Below, in pieces: positions 23,332 to 35,449 of a stretch of DNA of 38,887 nucleotides; position 1 is the first letter of the stretch, and every line of letters begins with the position of its first letter. The stretch covers positions 1-38,887 of the forward strand of contig JADIIX010000174.1 of assembly GCA_027604505.1 (NCBI GenBank), read 5' to 3'. The position numbers and the translations under genes are program-made. The DNA comes from Gonapodya sp. JEL0774 (taxonomy: Eukaryota). The notes beneath the pieces are model-generated. The model was not told where the DNA came from. It saw only the letters and a program-made list of their open reading frames with translations, and searched no databases.

Positions 23332-23517
23332 ATACCGCGAAATTCGGTCCGAAAGCGTGAGAAATCCTCACATTTGACCTTTCACCGGCTGGATGAAAGA
23401 ACTCTCTTCGCCTGCATGGGCTCGGACCATTTCTTCGTTCAAATCTCTTGGAGAAGCTGGAAGCGGACGTGGGTTGTCACACAGCCGGACCACAGTTGGT
23501 CCTGTAAACTCTCCAGC

Positions 23518-25928
23518 ATGAGGGAATGGACCACGCGATTGCGCAGAGGAAAACGAGAATCTGCTTTAACTTCAATTTTGCCTGACACCTCTGATGGTGA
23601 GAACGTGTTGCAGAGCTTGAATGCATTGCTTCTGTTAATCGTCATCCCTCAGAACGAACCTCGCGTCTCCTTACGATCATGTCTGTGTGGGTGGCTGTCT
23701 TGTTCATCGGAGTACCGTGGTGGTGGAAAACAACCATGGTCTACAGGGCAGCATTGCCCTTCGACGATATCACGAGCTTGGCTAACCCTGGTGTGAGTCA
23801 AGCATCACGACCCGTCCTCCTCTGCACGGCGTATTTGACTCGGAAGTTTCTTGTTTTCAGCGCCTAGATGTTTCCTTCGTAGTTAACGTGACCTTGCATG
23901 TGCCGGTGGACTCGAGCCGACCCTCAAGTGACCGAGAAGCTCTAGCCCTCAGAGTTGGCGATGCCGCTACGGAGTTGATGCGCCAAAAGTCGTTATCCGA
24001 CATTCCGCTGATCTACACTACTGGCTCCGTGCCGCCACCGAACACAAACATGCTGTTCCACATTCAGGTGTTGGAGAAGCACCCGGTCATGCGAGGCACG
24101 GAATCGATGTCTGTGAATGGTTTGCTTCTTCGTGAAGTTTTGTGAACATTGTGTAGAACTTTTCTAATGATTCATGTTTGTGCTCGTGGGACAGACACTG
24201 CGCATCGGGTGGGGGCCTACCACATACACGTGGAGGTCTCCATCCCAAATCAGCACCAACATGGTGATATTGAAATCGGACCTGAAAGAGGTTTGTCACT
24301 CTTTTTGGATGACCCGAGTAATCACAGTAGGTACCATTTGTCTCAAAACTTCAAACAGAAATTAGTATGGCACTCCTAAGCGTCACCACACATGAACAGA
24401 CCATGTGCTCCAATACACGTCTTTACTTCTTTTTGCTGTGTTCTCCGAGGAACGCCGTCACCTGCGCCGTGCTGTGTCTGAGGAAGATCACTCCAACCAG
24501 GAACACGCCCAAATGAAGACAGTCAAATTCGCACCCAACTACAACGTCATTTTCAGTCTGATCAGCACAAATCCCAATACATTGCGAGCATCTTGGAATA
24601 TTGAAGATCTCCTTGATTGTTCGTAAAGTAAATGGACAGACAGTTTTCTGGAATGTCTGAACGATTCTCTTCCACCAGACTCAGTCCGACCGCTCTTTGA
24701 AACCCTCTCGGTCCTCTCCAACTTTACGATTCACTCGCAAGTCCAATACTACTCGACCACGACGGTGATACCACATGTCGTTGCGGGAGAGAACCTGTTC
24801 CACGTTTTGAGGCCCGAAGATCTCCGAAACTTCATTAACTCGGCAGAGTGGCCTTTGTGTGAGTTCTTTCGATTCTTGCTCTTCATTTTGCTATTGTGAC
24901 AACTTCTAGAATGATAAGCGTTTGCTTCTCTCCAGCGTCTGCTGTCTCGGTTGACCCACCTTTGAATTTCCTGTTTTACGTACCCCCCACCGAGCAAAGT
25001 CCACTCCACATTATTGACGCCTCAGGTTCGAGTAGTTTCTAAATGTACCGCAGCCTGCATTGTTCTCATCGGTGGGAGGGTGAACTCACTTTGAATCGTC
25101 GCATCTATCTTCAGGTGCTGTTGTTCACAGCAACGCATTCTTGATTCCCCAATGGGGCGGTGTTGCCATTGTAAACCCGACTGTAGATGCAAGCGGTGGC
25201 AAGCGACTGACCGAACTTGATTTGCGGATTCATATGACCCTTGTCGTAGAGCACTTGCGACAGCTGCTTGGAGTGCAGCAAGTCGAGATTTTGAGAGATA
25301 TTATTCCCGTAGGTGTGCTTGAATGACCAGTGGGTCTCGCCGTGTCGGATTTTCGGATCAAAGCTTTGAATCGTGAGTCGTAGACCTCGTTGCCAATGCG
25401 GATTGTGTACCTGCCCAACTCCCAGAACGGAATCACCGGATTCGAGCTCGACCGGCTTATCCGTAAACGAACGGTGCAGAACCTCGTTAATGCCGCGAGA
25501 ACGCTTCATTCACTCGGTCGACTTGTTCAGTCGATGCCCAACATGGTAGTTTTGGACTCGATAAGCGAGCAGATTCAAACATCCTTACGGTCGATCAAAG
25601 AGGTGAGTTGACCTATCACACTGCTACATCTTGCCACGTGTTGTTAAATGCAGTTGCCATACACGTGTTCTAGGCTTTTTCGCGGTTGGATCCCCAGGGA
25701 ACACCGGACCCGGTGTCGGCATTCCAGTATTCGCGGTCTGCGATCTCAGCAGCCGAGTCCGCTTTCTTTGATCCGACAATGGTTTCAAAACTGTACTTCC
25801 CGGACGAACATCGGCTAGCGATTTACACGCCATTTTTCGTCCCTGCTGGTGTTTCATTGATAATGGGAACAGTGAAGGAGTGGCAACGTTATCGCTCACT
25901 CAAAATTGTCAAGCATAAGCGAGAATAA
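23518..25928 (+). CDS. GPI17: GPI transamidase subunit PIG-S (Gpi17); spliced; start approximate
   Basis: TM segment plus GVPWWWKTTMVYRAALP; VKFAPNYNVIFSL; SNFTIHSQVQYY; FINSAEW; NAFLIPQWGGVAIVN; LRQLLGV; TLHSLGRLVQSMPNMVV; AESAFFDPTMVSKLYFPDEHRLAIYTP. Confidence 0.92.
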
Positions 25929-26037
25929 ATGTAGATTCTGTGATGATGTTGTTTCAGAACATGTACATTCAATATCTCGCCGGCTGAAATAGTTATCCCT
26001 CAGGTTCCTTTGGTCGCCGGCTCAAACGAAGATCAAC

Positions 26038-27936
26038 ATGTCTCTCTCAGCAACGAACGGGTCGGGTTCCAAGTCGAGAGTGATTTATTTCTATGACGAG
26101 GATGTGGGACTATACCACTATGCGGGCGGTGAGTGCCAATTCGGGGTCCTGCTCTGCCAAGGCCTTATTGATCCTCATTCATTACCGCCGGCGAACAACA
26201 ACTGCTCATTCTGCCGTTAGGGCATCCAATGAAACCTCATCGGATCCGTATGACCCACGAGCTCGTTGTCAACTATGGTCTGGATAAAAAGATCACAATA
26301 CTCAGGCCTGACAGGTCAACGAGGAAAGAACTCACCAAGTTTCATACCGGTAAACTCTTTGTCCCACGTTCACCTGATGAGAACCGCTCTAGTCAACCCC
26401 GATCTGTGTGTGGTACGGGTGATTTTGTTTTTTGATATCCCAGACGAGTATGTGGACTTCCTACGACACATCACGCCGGAGAAAGTCGAGGATCAGGAGC
26501 AACTGAAGGCGAGGTTCAACATCTGGGATGATAATCCGATTTTCGAAGGACTGTGAGTGATTCGATTAATCGTTTGGACTTGTTTTGTAGCCGCTCTGAC
26601 AACTGTCGTTTGTCAGTTACGAGTTTTGCAGCATCTCCGCTGGTGGTTCAGTTGCCGCGGCGAAGCGGCTGAACGAGGGTACCTTTGACATTGCCGTTAA
26701 CTGGGCCGGTGGTCTGCACCATGCCAAGAAAGATAGCGCGTCGGGTTTCTGCTACATAAACGACATTGTGCTTGCGATCTTGGAGCTTTTGAAGTACCAC
26801 CAAAGAGTCCTCTACATTGGTGAGAAATGAACGTCAGATGCAGCGCCAATCACGAAAAGGACTCAGTTTCTCTCCTCTGTTAGATATTGATGCCCACCAT
26901 GGGGATGGCGTCGAAGAAGCTTTCTACACGAGCGACCGTGTGTTGACAGTTTCATTCCACAAAGGTGGAGACTTTTTCCCGGGCACGGGACTTGTGGAAG
27001 ACATAGGAGCTGGGAAGGGGAAATACTACTCTGTGTAGGTCGATACTCGAAACAGGTGCCACGATACAAAGCTAATCATGTAAGCACCTCCCTCGCAGCA
27101 ACATCCCTCTGGACTCGGGAATTGATGACGAATCCTACCACTTCATATTCCAACCTATTATGCAGCATATCATGGACTGGTACCGACCTGGTGCTGTCGT
27201 GTTGCAATGCGGCACTGATTCACTGGCTGGAGATCGCCTCGGCTGTTTCAATCTGAGTAATGTTGGGCACGGCATGTGCGTAGATTTTATGAAGAAATTC
27301 AACGTTCCGATCATGTTACTGGGTGGTGGCGGTTACACGCCGAAGAATGTGTCGCGCACGTGGTGTTATGAAACCGGTGGGTTGCATTCAAGGAGAGCCT
27401 TCCGGGGAGTTGTTGATAAGTTCTCACTCTCATTATTGTTTGTGACATCAGCGCGCGCTGCGGGTGTGGCTTTGGAACCTCACCTGCCGTATACCATCTA
27501 CTTTGACTACTTTGGTCCCGACTATTTGCTCGAAGTCCCCGCCACCAACATGCCAAACGCCAACCACCGCCAATCCCTCGAAAAAATCAAGCGCACCATT
27601 CTTGAGAACCTCCGACATATCACCCACGCCCCGTCCGTGCAGATGCAACAAGTGCCGCAGGACCACTTCTCTGACGACGAGATGGACGCTCACGAGCCTG
27701 GCGACAGGGACCAACAGACGGCAGATATTCGTGTGACTAAGGGGGAGAGGGATGCGCAAGTGGTTCGAGAAAATGAATACGAGGAGAGCGACGATGAAGG
27801 TCCAGGTGGGGAGCGGAAACACACAGGCAGACGGAACCGGCATCTTTATACCAGCTTGGGCATGGGAATGGGCGGGGTGACGGTTACGGACGATGAACCC
27901 AATGGAAAAGAGACAGGACGGATGGAAGTCGATTGA
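26038..27936 (+). CDS. RPD3: Class I histone deacetylase (Rpd3/HDAC1-like); spliced
   Basis: [100 protein letters not shown]. Confidence 0.93.
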
Positions 27937-27993
27937 TACATTCAATGATATTGTGATGCCTATGTAAATGCGGCCCAGTGTTTTGGATGGGTT

Positions 27994-30900
27994 CTAACAC
28001 CAAGTAAACCATGGCTGACGAGTCAGAGCTTCAAACCTACCAAAAATCGATTTAGCAAAAGTGAACAATCTAGAACAGGAGCTAAGAAATGGCTTACCTC
28101 TGTCTGACTGTTCGAATTCGACGTCGTATCTTCCCTTCTGTCTCATGGCTTGGTGTAGGTGGCGCTGAGAAACCTACGCATGTGAATCTCGTTAGGGATG
28201 TACTTCCAGGCGACCCACTTTCCGTCGAACGACCCAGAAGCCCATGCGCACCTACTACGCCCTCTGGAATGTCATTGGGAGCGAATACGAAACACTCCTC
28301 CTCGTACACCATGACGTTGGGTCGCCTCACAAGAGCCCAGGGAGATCCGGACTCAGGGTTGTCACTGACAATGGCGATCTCGGACCGACGGAGAATTTCT
28401 ACGATGTCCGAATGACGATTCGTAATCTATCGACATCCATCCTTTGCAAGCGAGAAACTCACCAACGAGATTGTAGCCCTGGTGTTGACGAATTGTGAAT
28501 CAGTTCTGAATCAGTCCATTTCACACAAACAGCCATATTTTTTCATTTACTCACTTGCCCCCTCATAACCGCCTTTTGCTTCCTCCACATCCCTTCATCG
28601 AATCCCGGGTCCACTCTGAAAAGCTGCTCTAGTCCGTCAAACAGGTCAGTCCACCACGACTCGTTGGTCAGTAGAGGCAAAACCAATTCTCGGGTGCTTT
28701 CTGAAAAGGGCACTCGGGCAATGGGTAAAAAGGCCCACCCGAAAGGATAGCTCCGCCACTGGTCTGGGTGCTTGTGGGGGAAAGCGAGACCGTTATCGAT
28801 CGCGGCGATGCGAATGGTAGGTTCACAGGGGGTGAAGGCTTGCGGGTGCGATATTGTCGGAGACGAGTGGGAATCGGCAGCAATGACGGTGATGGGGTCG
28901 GACTGGAATGGTTGGTCGCGGGCAGGGGCAATCGACGGAATATGGATAGACTTTGAGGAAACATCGGTTGCACCGGAGAGCGCAACTTGTTGTGCAGGCG
29001 GTTTGACAGAGGTGCCGATAATTTCGTTTTGCATCTCAAGTTCGGCGTTGTATCGCACGAGCCTGTAAGGTCGTGTTCGTAAAGTAAGACCCAAAATCGC
29101 AAACAACAATCGTCATCCCGTGCATCAGATACTCGCCAGTTATCCATACCCCTGTCAGTGTTCCTGATTAAATAATCAAGTACCACCTGCCATAAATAAA
29201 CGAGTCAGAACTGAGGGGAGTCTAGCTGGTGATTACTCGAACACACTTGGCAACTCACCAGACGCTCAAACTGCAGCTGAAATTCTTTCTGTGTCCTCTC
29301 ACTCCATCCCATGGGATGCCCTGCCACCCTTCCCACTGTCTCCCTCTCCTTCCCTCTCGCACCAGCAGTCTGACCCGAACTTTCAGTGTCAGTCGTCTCC
29401 CCTGCATCAATCCCCGCAAAACCTTCCATAGACGCCATAGAGTTTCGAACAGAGGATCTGGCAGAAGCGTAATCAGTTCCCGCGCCGATACTCGACGTCT
29501 TCATCGCACTCCCGGGCCTGCACAAACTCCCCGACTGGACAGGATTCTCCGCGGCAGCTCTCTCGTATCCCTCTTTAAAAAACGAGCCTGAGTCTTTGAA
29601 ACCGCTCACGAAGAGTTGGAATGAGCCTGTTTTGGGAGGGAGGGGTCGTGGACGTTCCGGAGTCGACTTGGCATATGCACGACGGTCGGCGGTGGAGTAA
29701 TGGAAAGCTGGTGAGGCTAGAGAGACAATTTCAGTGCGGGGGACAATATTGAGGCCCATTTTCCCTGATTGGGTAGAGTTTTAGGTGGCAACAATGGGTT
29801 AGATATCGGAGCTCGAAGCGGGCCGATTTTACTCACGGTCGACAAATGATGCCGCAGCCTCGGAGACGTAACCAAGATTTGGAATCAGGCAGTTGCGCCC
29901 TGCTCAACCACAACACCGAACCAGGTCAGCAATTGCCCACCAATGCACACCTTGCACAAACCTCCCACTCACCAAACATACACGGTGCAAAATTCCTCTG
30001 CACCCATTTCGCCCACTTCGGGTTCATTGCTCCGTACGGTTCCTCGTCTCTGGGCTTGTAAACACCCACGATGTTACCGTCCTCGTTCCGGGCAAAGTAA
30101 CTCCCACTGGACCCTTTGGCGATCAGAAGTGGGTCCACTCCAACGGAAATACCCCGGACGACGGAGTGGAGCGTGAGCGCAAACTGAGCGGTGGACGTGG
30201 GCGTGAGCGGGGGGATGGGATTGGTGGGGGAGGGAGGGGGAGGACCAAGGGTGGTGAGGTGCGAGTACGGAGTGGGTGACGGTTTTGGACGCGTAAGAAG
30301 GGTGTGCAGCTGGGAAAAACGGCGGCCTAGATTGTGATTGCATATTTATGTTTCGTTTCACGCGGTTTCGCGCCAGCTCAGAAGTTCCAAACCTACTAAT
30401 ATTCTGCCTTAGCCACGATCCCGAACCTCCCACACTTCTATGCCCTCTCGCCCTCTCTCTGCCCCTCTGGGGCTGAAAGCTCTGGGACCTTGGTAAGACG
30501 CCGGTTGCGCTTGCACCGAACGCTAGACCCTTGCTGGTACCGTGGCCAGGATCGGTAACGATCGGCGCGTGGAATCCCGAGTCCTGAACGATGACTGGTT
30601 CAACAGAAACGATCGAGTGGGACGGACAAGTTGGGCAAGCACCACCTACCCGAGGCTGCTGGGGGTCCACTCCGTGTCCCAGCCCATACACCTTCCCCTC
30701 CACATCTGTCCCCAACCCAGCAATCCCATTCGCATGGAATGGTGCCGACATGGATCTATGTCGATTCCCTACGTACGCTCTTCCGTCCGCGATTTTGACC
30801 GAGGCCGCGCCATCACCCTGTACTTCAACTTCTGGATCGGTAGTGAGTTTGGAGGTACCTTCAGCACCAACACATCCAGGCAGAGTGTCGCGGCCGGCTC

Positions 30901-32222
30901 TGGCTCCAACGCTGTGTCGTCCGGGGCCAGCGGTCTGTTCCATCTCCGGAGCGTACACGGTGTCAGGTTTGACGAACTGAGACTTGTCCACCCTGCTTCC
31001 TGCTCCGAGTCCCACGGTTTGGTTCTTCCTCACGATTGCTGGGTGGTCGAAACGCGTCGGAGCAGACGCCGTTGCAAGGAGAGGTTGGTCGACTCGGTCA
31101 CCCTCGGTGTCCGTGTTGCTGTCGTCATGTGGACCGTGAGGCGACGGGACGAGGTAGGCGCCGTAGGTTTCTTCCGAGATGCGGTGTGGTTCTGGGCTTG
31201 CGCTCCCGAGTGCGTTCCGCTGTTTCGCCCCACCATCGCTCGTTCCGTTCGTCATCTCAGCTTCTCTCAAGATCCTCTCGATGTCAATGGGATCCACAAA
31301 TACCGAGGGCACTTTGGGCTTGTGGGGTTTGGGTGGTGATGGAGTGGAGAACCTGGACATAGAGAAGGGGTTGTGGAAAGGAACAGAGGATGCGGAGGAC
31401 GCACGGGTTGCAGGGGATAAGAAAGGGCGGGAAGGGCTGAGCGGGACGTGGGAAGAAGAGAGGCGGCGGGTCGGTGGAGGGCGAGTCTGAGAGGGGATGA
31501 GGTTGGGTAGTGGTAGGAAAGAGTTTGTGACGAGGTTCAGTGTGAGGGAGCAGACAATGGGCAGCCCTTCCTGAGACTTTGGACGCTGGAGCGTTTTGCA
31601 AATCAATTCCGGGCTCGCAGATGTGCTCCGTTGATCGCGCTCGAGGAATCAAAGGAGAAACCATCCCCACAAACAAGAAATCTCCAAACGTTTCATTGGC
31701 TTCATTCCGTATCTCTTTACAATGACCCCAAACGCTCCGATGTACACTCACCCATGAAAACGGTGCCCATTCTTGACTCGAGCCCGGGTCCGACAGCCTG
31801 TGAGACCTCCCCGACGAGCCCGAATGCTGCTCTGGCACGAGCAGGTGGTCGACGTATCCGTCATCTGCATCATCGTCCGCAGCAGCGTCATCGGATCCCG
31901 CGTCGAGTTTCTGGTACGTCTTCCCGTCTCTCCTTTTGGAGCTGAAGAGAGTTTGGAACCAGGAGTTGATGGACGGCGGGGCAGGAGGGAGCGAGCGGGC
32001 GAGAGGGGGAGGAGAATACGGAGAGGTCGGTGACTCGGGCGAGGTTGGAGATGTGGGGGAGTAGGGCGAGTAAGGCGAGTCGTTGGAGAAGTGGTGGTGC
32101 GGGGGTCCAGGAGATGACGGTGAAGAAGGGGCGACAGGCGACAGCCCAAGTGTACCCAGTGTTTCCAGTGTCCCCGGTCGTAAACGACTGTGTTGTGATT
32201 GTGTGCTTGGTAGTGCTGCCAT
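27994..32222 (-). CDS. LSB6: Type II phosphatidylinositol 4-kinase (Lsb6-like) with a long disordered N-terminus; spliced
   Basis: PLLIAKGSSGSYF...VYKPRDEEPYGAMNPKWAKW; CLIPNLGYVSEAAAS; LNIVPRTEIVSLAS; PPKTGSFQLFV; LDYLIRNTDRGMDNW; IAAIDNGLAFPHKHPDQWRSYPFGW; C-terminal QPWFTWC*. The start at 32222 is tentative. Confidence 0.9.
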
Positions 32223-32600
32223 GTGGTTTGCCGATTTTCCTGTGTCCGCGTCACCGTTTTGCCGAGCGTTCCCCTTTTCCGTTCCCCAACTTGTTCGCTT
32301 TTCTCGCTTCTCGCTCAGAACGTCCCGCTTTCCTGGATCTGTCCACTTGATTGCGACTGTTTTTTCTCTCCCGCGACCTTGACGCCGGCGGACGCTTTGT
32401 CTCGGTCTGGAGGAGTGTTGTTTGGGGTCCCTGTCTGATCGGGCCATATTCATAATACATAGTTGCAGTGGCTCCATCATCAAGGCCAAATGGACCAACA
32501 AAATGCAGAATTCAACTTTACTTCAATTGAATTGCTATCATGTTACACCCTTAATACGACTACGAAAACATTGTGGACGAGTATTGTTAAGAAGAAGTTG

Positions 32601-33116
32601 CTACCCCTGACTCTTGGAAAGAATGGCATCAATCTGCCCAACAGCTTCGGTAAGCCCATGAACCATCCCCATCTTCTCGAGTTCCTCCATTGACTCGGCG
32701 TTTGGAAACTTGGAGACGATGGTGAACTTGGAACCATCTGAGAGTTCATCGAGCGACATGGTGAACTCCGTCGTCGGCATCGAAGTTTCTTCGGCTCCGT
32801 CCGGTGTCTGAAACCCATCCTGAGCAGTGATGCTCCTGCCCTCCTCGACCTTGAGAATCTTCCAATAGCCACCGTGCTTGTCGCCCTTGGGACCGGTCAT
32901 GAAGTACTCCACCCGACCACCGGGGTGAAGCTGGTGCACGGTGACCGTCGCCGGGTACTGTGGAGGGCCCCACCACTGCTCGAGCTCGCGAGGGTTTGCC
33001 AGGAGATTCCACGCACGGGGACGGATGGCGCTCAGTTCGGCCGTGAGTATGACTTTGAGGTGTTCTTTGTCGACCACAACATTGGAAATCGGCATTTTTG
33101 GGAGTACCTTTGCCAT
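32601..33116 (-). CDS. Intronless SRPBCC / AHSA1-like (START-fold) domain protein, bacterial-like
   Basis: 171-aa uninterrupted ORF: AWNLLANPRELEQWWGPPQYPATV...PGGRVEYFMTGPKGDKHGGYWKIL...DGF...ELEKMGMVHGLTEAVGQIDAIL, typical of the AHSA1/SRPBCC family. Confidence 0.85.
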   Translation of the reverse strand: MAKVLPKMPISNVVVDKEHLKVILTAELSAIRPRAWNLLANPRELEQWWGPPQYPATVTVHQLHPGGRVEYFMTGPKGDKHGGYWKILKVEEGRSITAQDGFQTPDGAEETSMPTTEFTMSLDELSDGSKFTIVSKFPNAESMEELEKMGMVHGLTEAVGQIDAILSKSQG

Positions 33117-34830
33117 GTCGAGCAGTGAAGAGAGTAATAATAGACATGTAAGTGATTGACCCCGAGAAGTGTGATAGATCCTGAATACACACAGTACCTC
33201 GTGGTTTCAAACAACACAGGGGCAAAACAGAGAGTATTAGGAAAATGCCAAATAAATTTCAGAAATCGCCCTCGATATGGGGTTTTTATAAAGAGAACTG
33301 TGGGCTCCGCGGTCGGAACGGAAGAACTTGTGAGAACCCGAGATCTTGCGCTCCCATGGTCCCGACCACCCGAAAACAAAGAGACGCCCAAGAAGTACAT
33401 CGGTCCATTCTTTCCATCTGTTTCAGATTTCAAAAAAAAAAAAGGAGTATCATGGTATCACGGGATTTATCTTGCTTTTGATGATTGGGGTATCCGGTAC
33501 CAAAGGCATCACTATTCTGTGTTTCCCATCACTAGTGGCTCTTTGCCGCACCTGCTCAACAGGCTCGTCATCCCTCGCACAGTCCCCGCGTCCCACCACG
33601 ATTGGCTACGGGCCATGCATGCGCGGTGTGGCATCAAGGAGAAAACGAATGAAGAAATAGCAAGGTCCAGATGCCCAACGCAATGCACATCTGGGTGATT
33701 CACCTCGGACTCCTCTGAGCTCGCAGGAGTAGAGTGTCGGTTTGGGTTGGCTTCGGAAAATTCGCGAACACTTTGAGGGTGGGTTTGGTGGTACGCTTCT
33801 GACGTGCCTGTGAAACCACAACAGGTGTTTCTCGAGTTGACTTGACGAAACTAGAGAGAGAGAAAACGAAACAAGAAGTGCTCCCAACAAAAAACCCGCA
33901 TGCAAGAGACATTTACTCATGTCGGCAAAGCGTGCACACGAATGAAACTTGGCAAAGTAGAGCAGCTTCTTGATCCACACAGCTGCTGCGTGGAAGGCGT
34001 CCACGAGATGTGACAGTTTCACCCCGCAAATGAGATTTCCCGGCCGGTGAAATTGCCGAGTGCCAGTTTGAATCGCGTGACACCGCAAGCACCGCACCAC
34101 TCACCACTCACCACTGAACCTTGACCAAACACTCTGAAATTCGGCCCTCTCGATCCTGAACACTCTGGACGAACTTCACACCCCAGAGTGGGCCAATCGA
34201 CAGTCGAGGAGGGCACGTGAAAGTTCCCGGGGGGGCGCGATGTGCCGGTTGTTGCGGAGGTAGGCGAGCGGGGGCATGTCGTCTCGGTCCTGTGAGGATC
34301 GCAACGGTGAGAAGACGGGGGTTTCCCTGCACAGAATCGAATCCGAGTTCCACTTCACTCACCAGAAACTCTTGGAGCGCGGTGATGCAACAGTACTCGC
34401 CCTGGACCAGAATTTTGAAGGATGACGACGTGGACCGAGCTGAGTCGGTGAACTCGACGACCGCCTGTTTGATTCCGGTCGGGGAGATATGGACGGTCTT
34501 GTTCCCCACGATCAAAAGAATCTTGGGAATGCTGGAATGAACAAAGGTGCAAGGTTGGTGCACGGTGGGTTGCCAAAACAGCGACGTTGCCAGGAAGTAA
34601 TAGTGACGCACCAGTGCCCCTAAGGTGAGACGTTACTCCTTGAAAGTTTCCTTTGTAAACACAGAACTTGTAGATGCAAGTAAGACTACGGATGGTGGGT
34701 TGTGAGTGACTCCAACCCTTTGATTTGCGAGATCGGTCGATGCTGAGCGGGTTGTAAGACATCGTTTTACCTGTTTAGAGTCCTTTCGATTTGCTTTCTT
34801 TCTTTGTTATAGGCTTTCTTTGCTCGTGCA

Positions 34831-34857
34831 TCCACTTTTCTGTAAGCGAAAAGTGGA
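34831..34857. repeat. Perfect 10-bp inverted repeat with a 7-nt loop
   Basis: TCCACTTTTC-tgtaagc-GAAAAGTGGA in the intergenic region; function unknown. Confidence 0.6.
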
Positions 34858-35449
34858 AGTGAGGAGAGTGAAGTCAATCAGCGGGAGAAGGGGGAGAAGT
34901 ATCGTCATCAACATGAACTAACGGTGGTGATGTCATCAACCTAGTACAGAGTAAAATCACACCTCACAGTAATCACGGACATCAAAGTAAACGTTTATCT
35001 CGGATATTTAATGGCGAGAACTTCGAGCCGCTTCCCACCAAAAACGCGGGCAACAAGCGCGCTGTGAAACGAATGTCTCGTCCACGACCTCAAAACCTAG
35101 GTCCCACGCTTTCTGAGACGGAGTCCCTTTCCAAACATCGGGTCACTCGCTCACTCGCAGACATGTCTTGAGATGGAGTCACGGAGGACCTATAAGGCCG
35201 TAGTCGGTATCCCGGCGTAAGGCATTGGGTTCGTGTAATGCCCCGGGTGCAAAACAGAAACAAACTGCGTCGGATGGATGTGACAGACTTTTGTGGGAGT
35301 TGGCCTGGCGCCGAGTACGGCGGGAACGCCTTGACGGGGAATGGGGAGTGAGGAGTGCAGGTGGACAGGAGGGGCAAGGCCACAGGGCGGCGACGCACTC
35401 TCACCCCACCGAGTCAGGGCAGGAGCGCATCACCCCCCCACACACACGG

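Noticed and set aside
30542..31339. 265-aa plus-strand ORF
   Set aside because: Antisense to the PI4-kinase N-terminal exon, with no independent support.
33156..33698. 180-aa plus-strand ORF
   Set aside because: TTG start, crosses an A-run, and has no recognisable motif.
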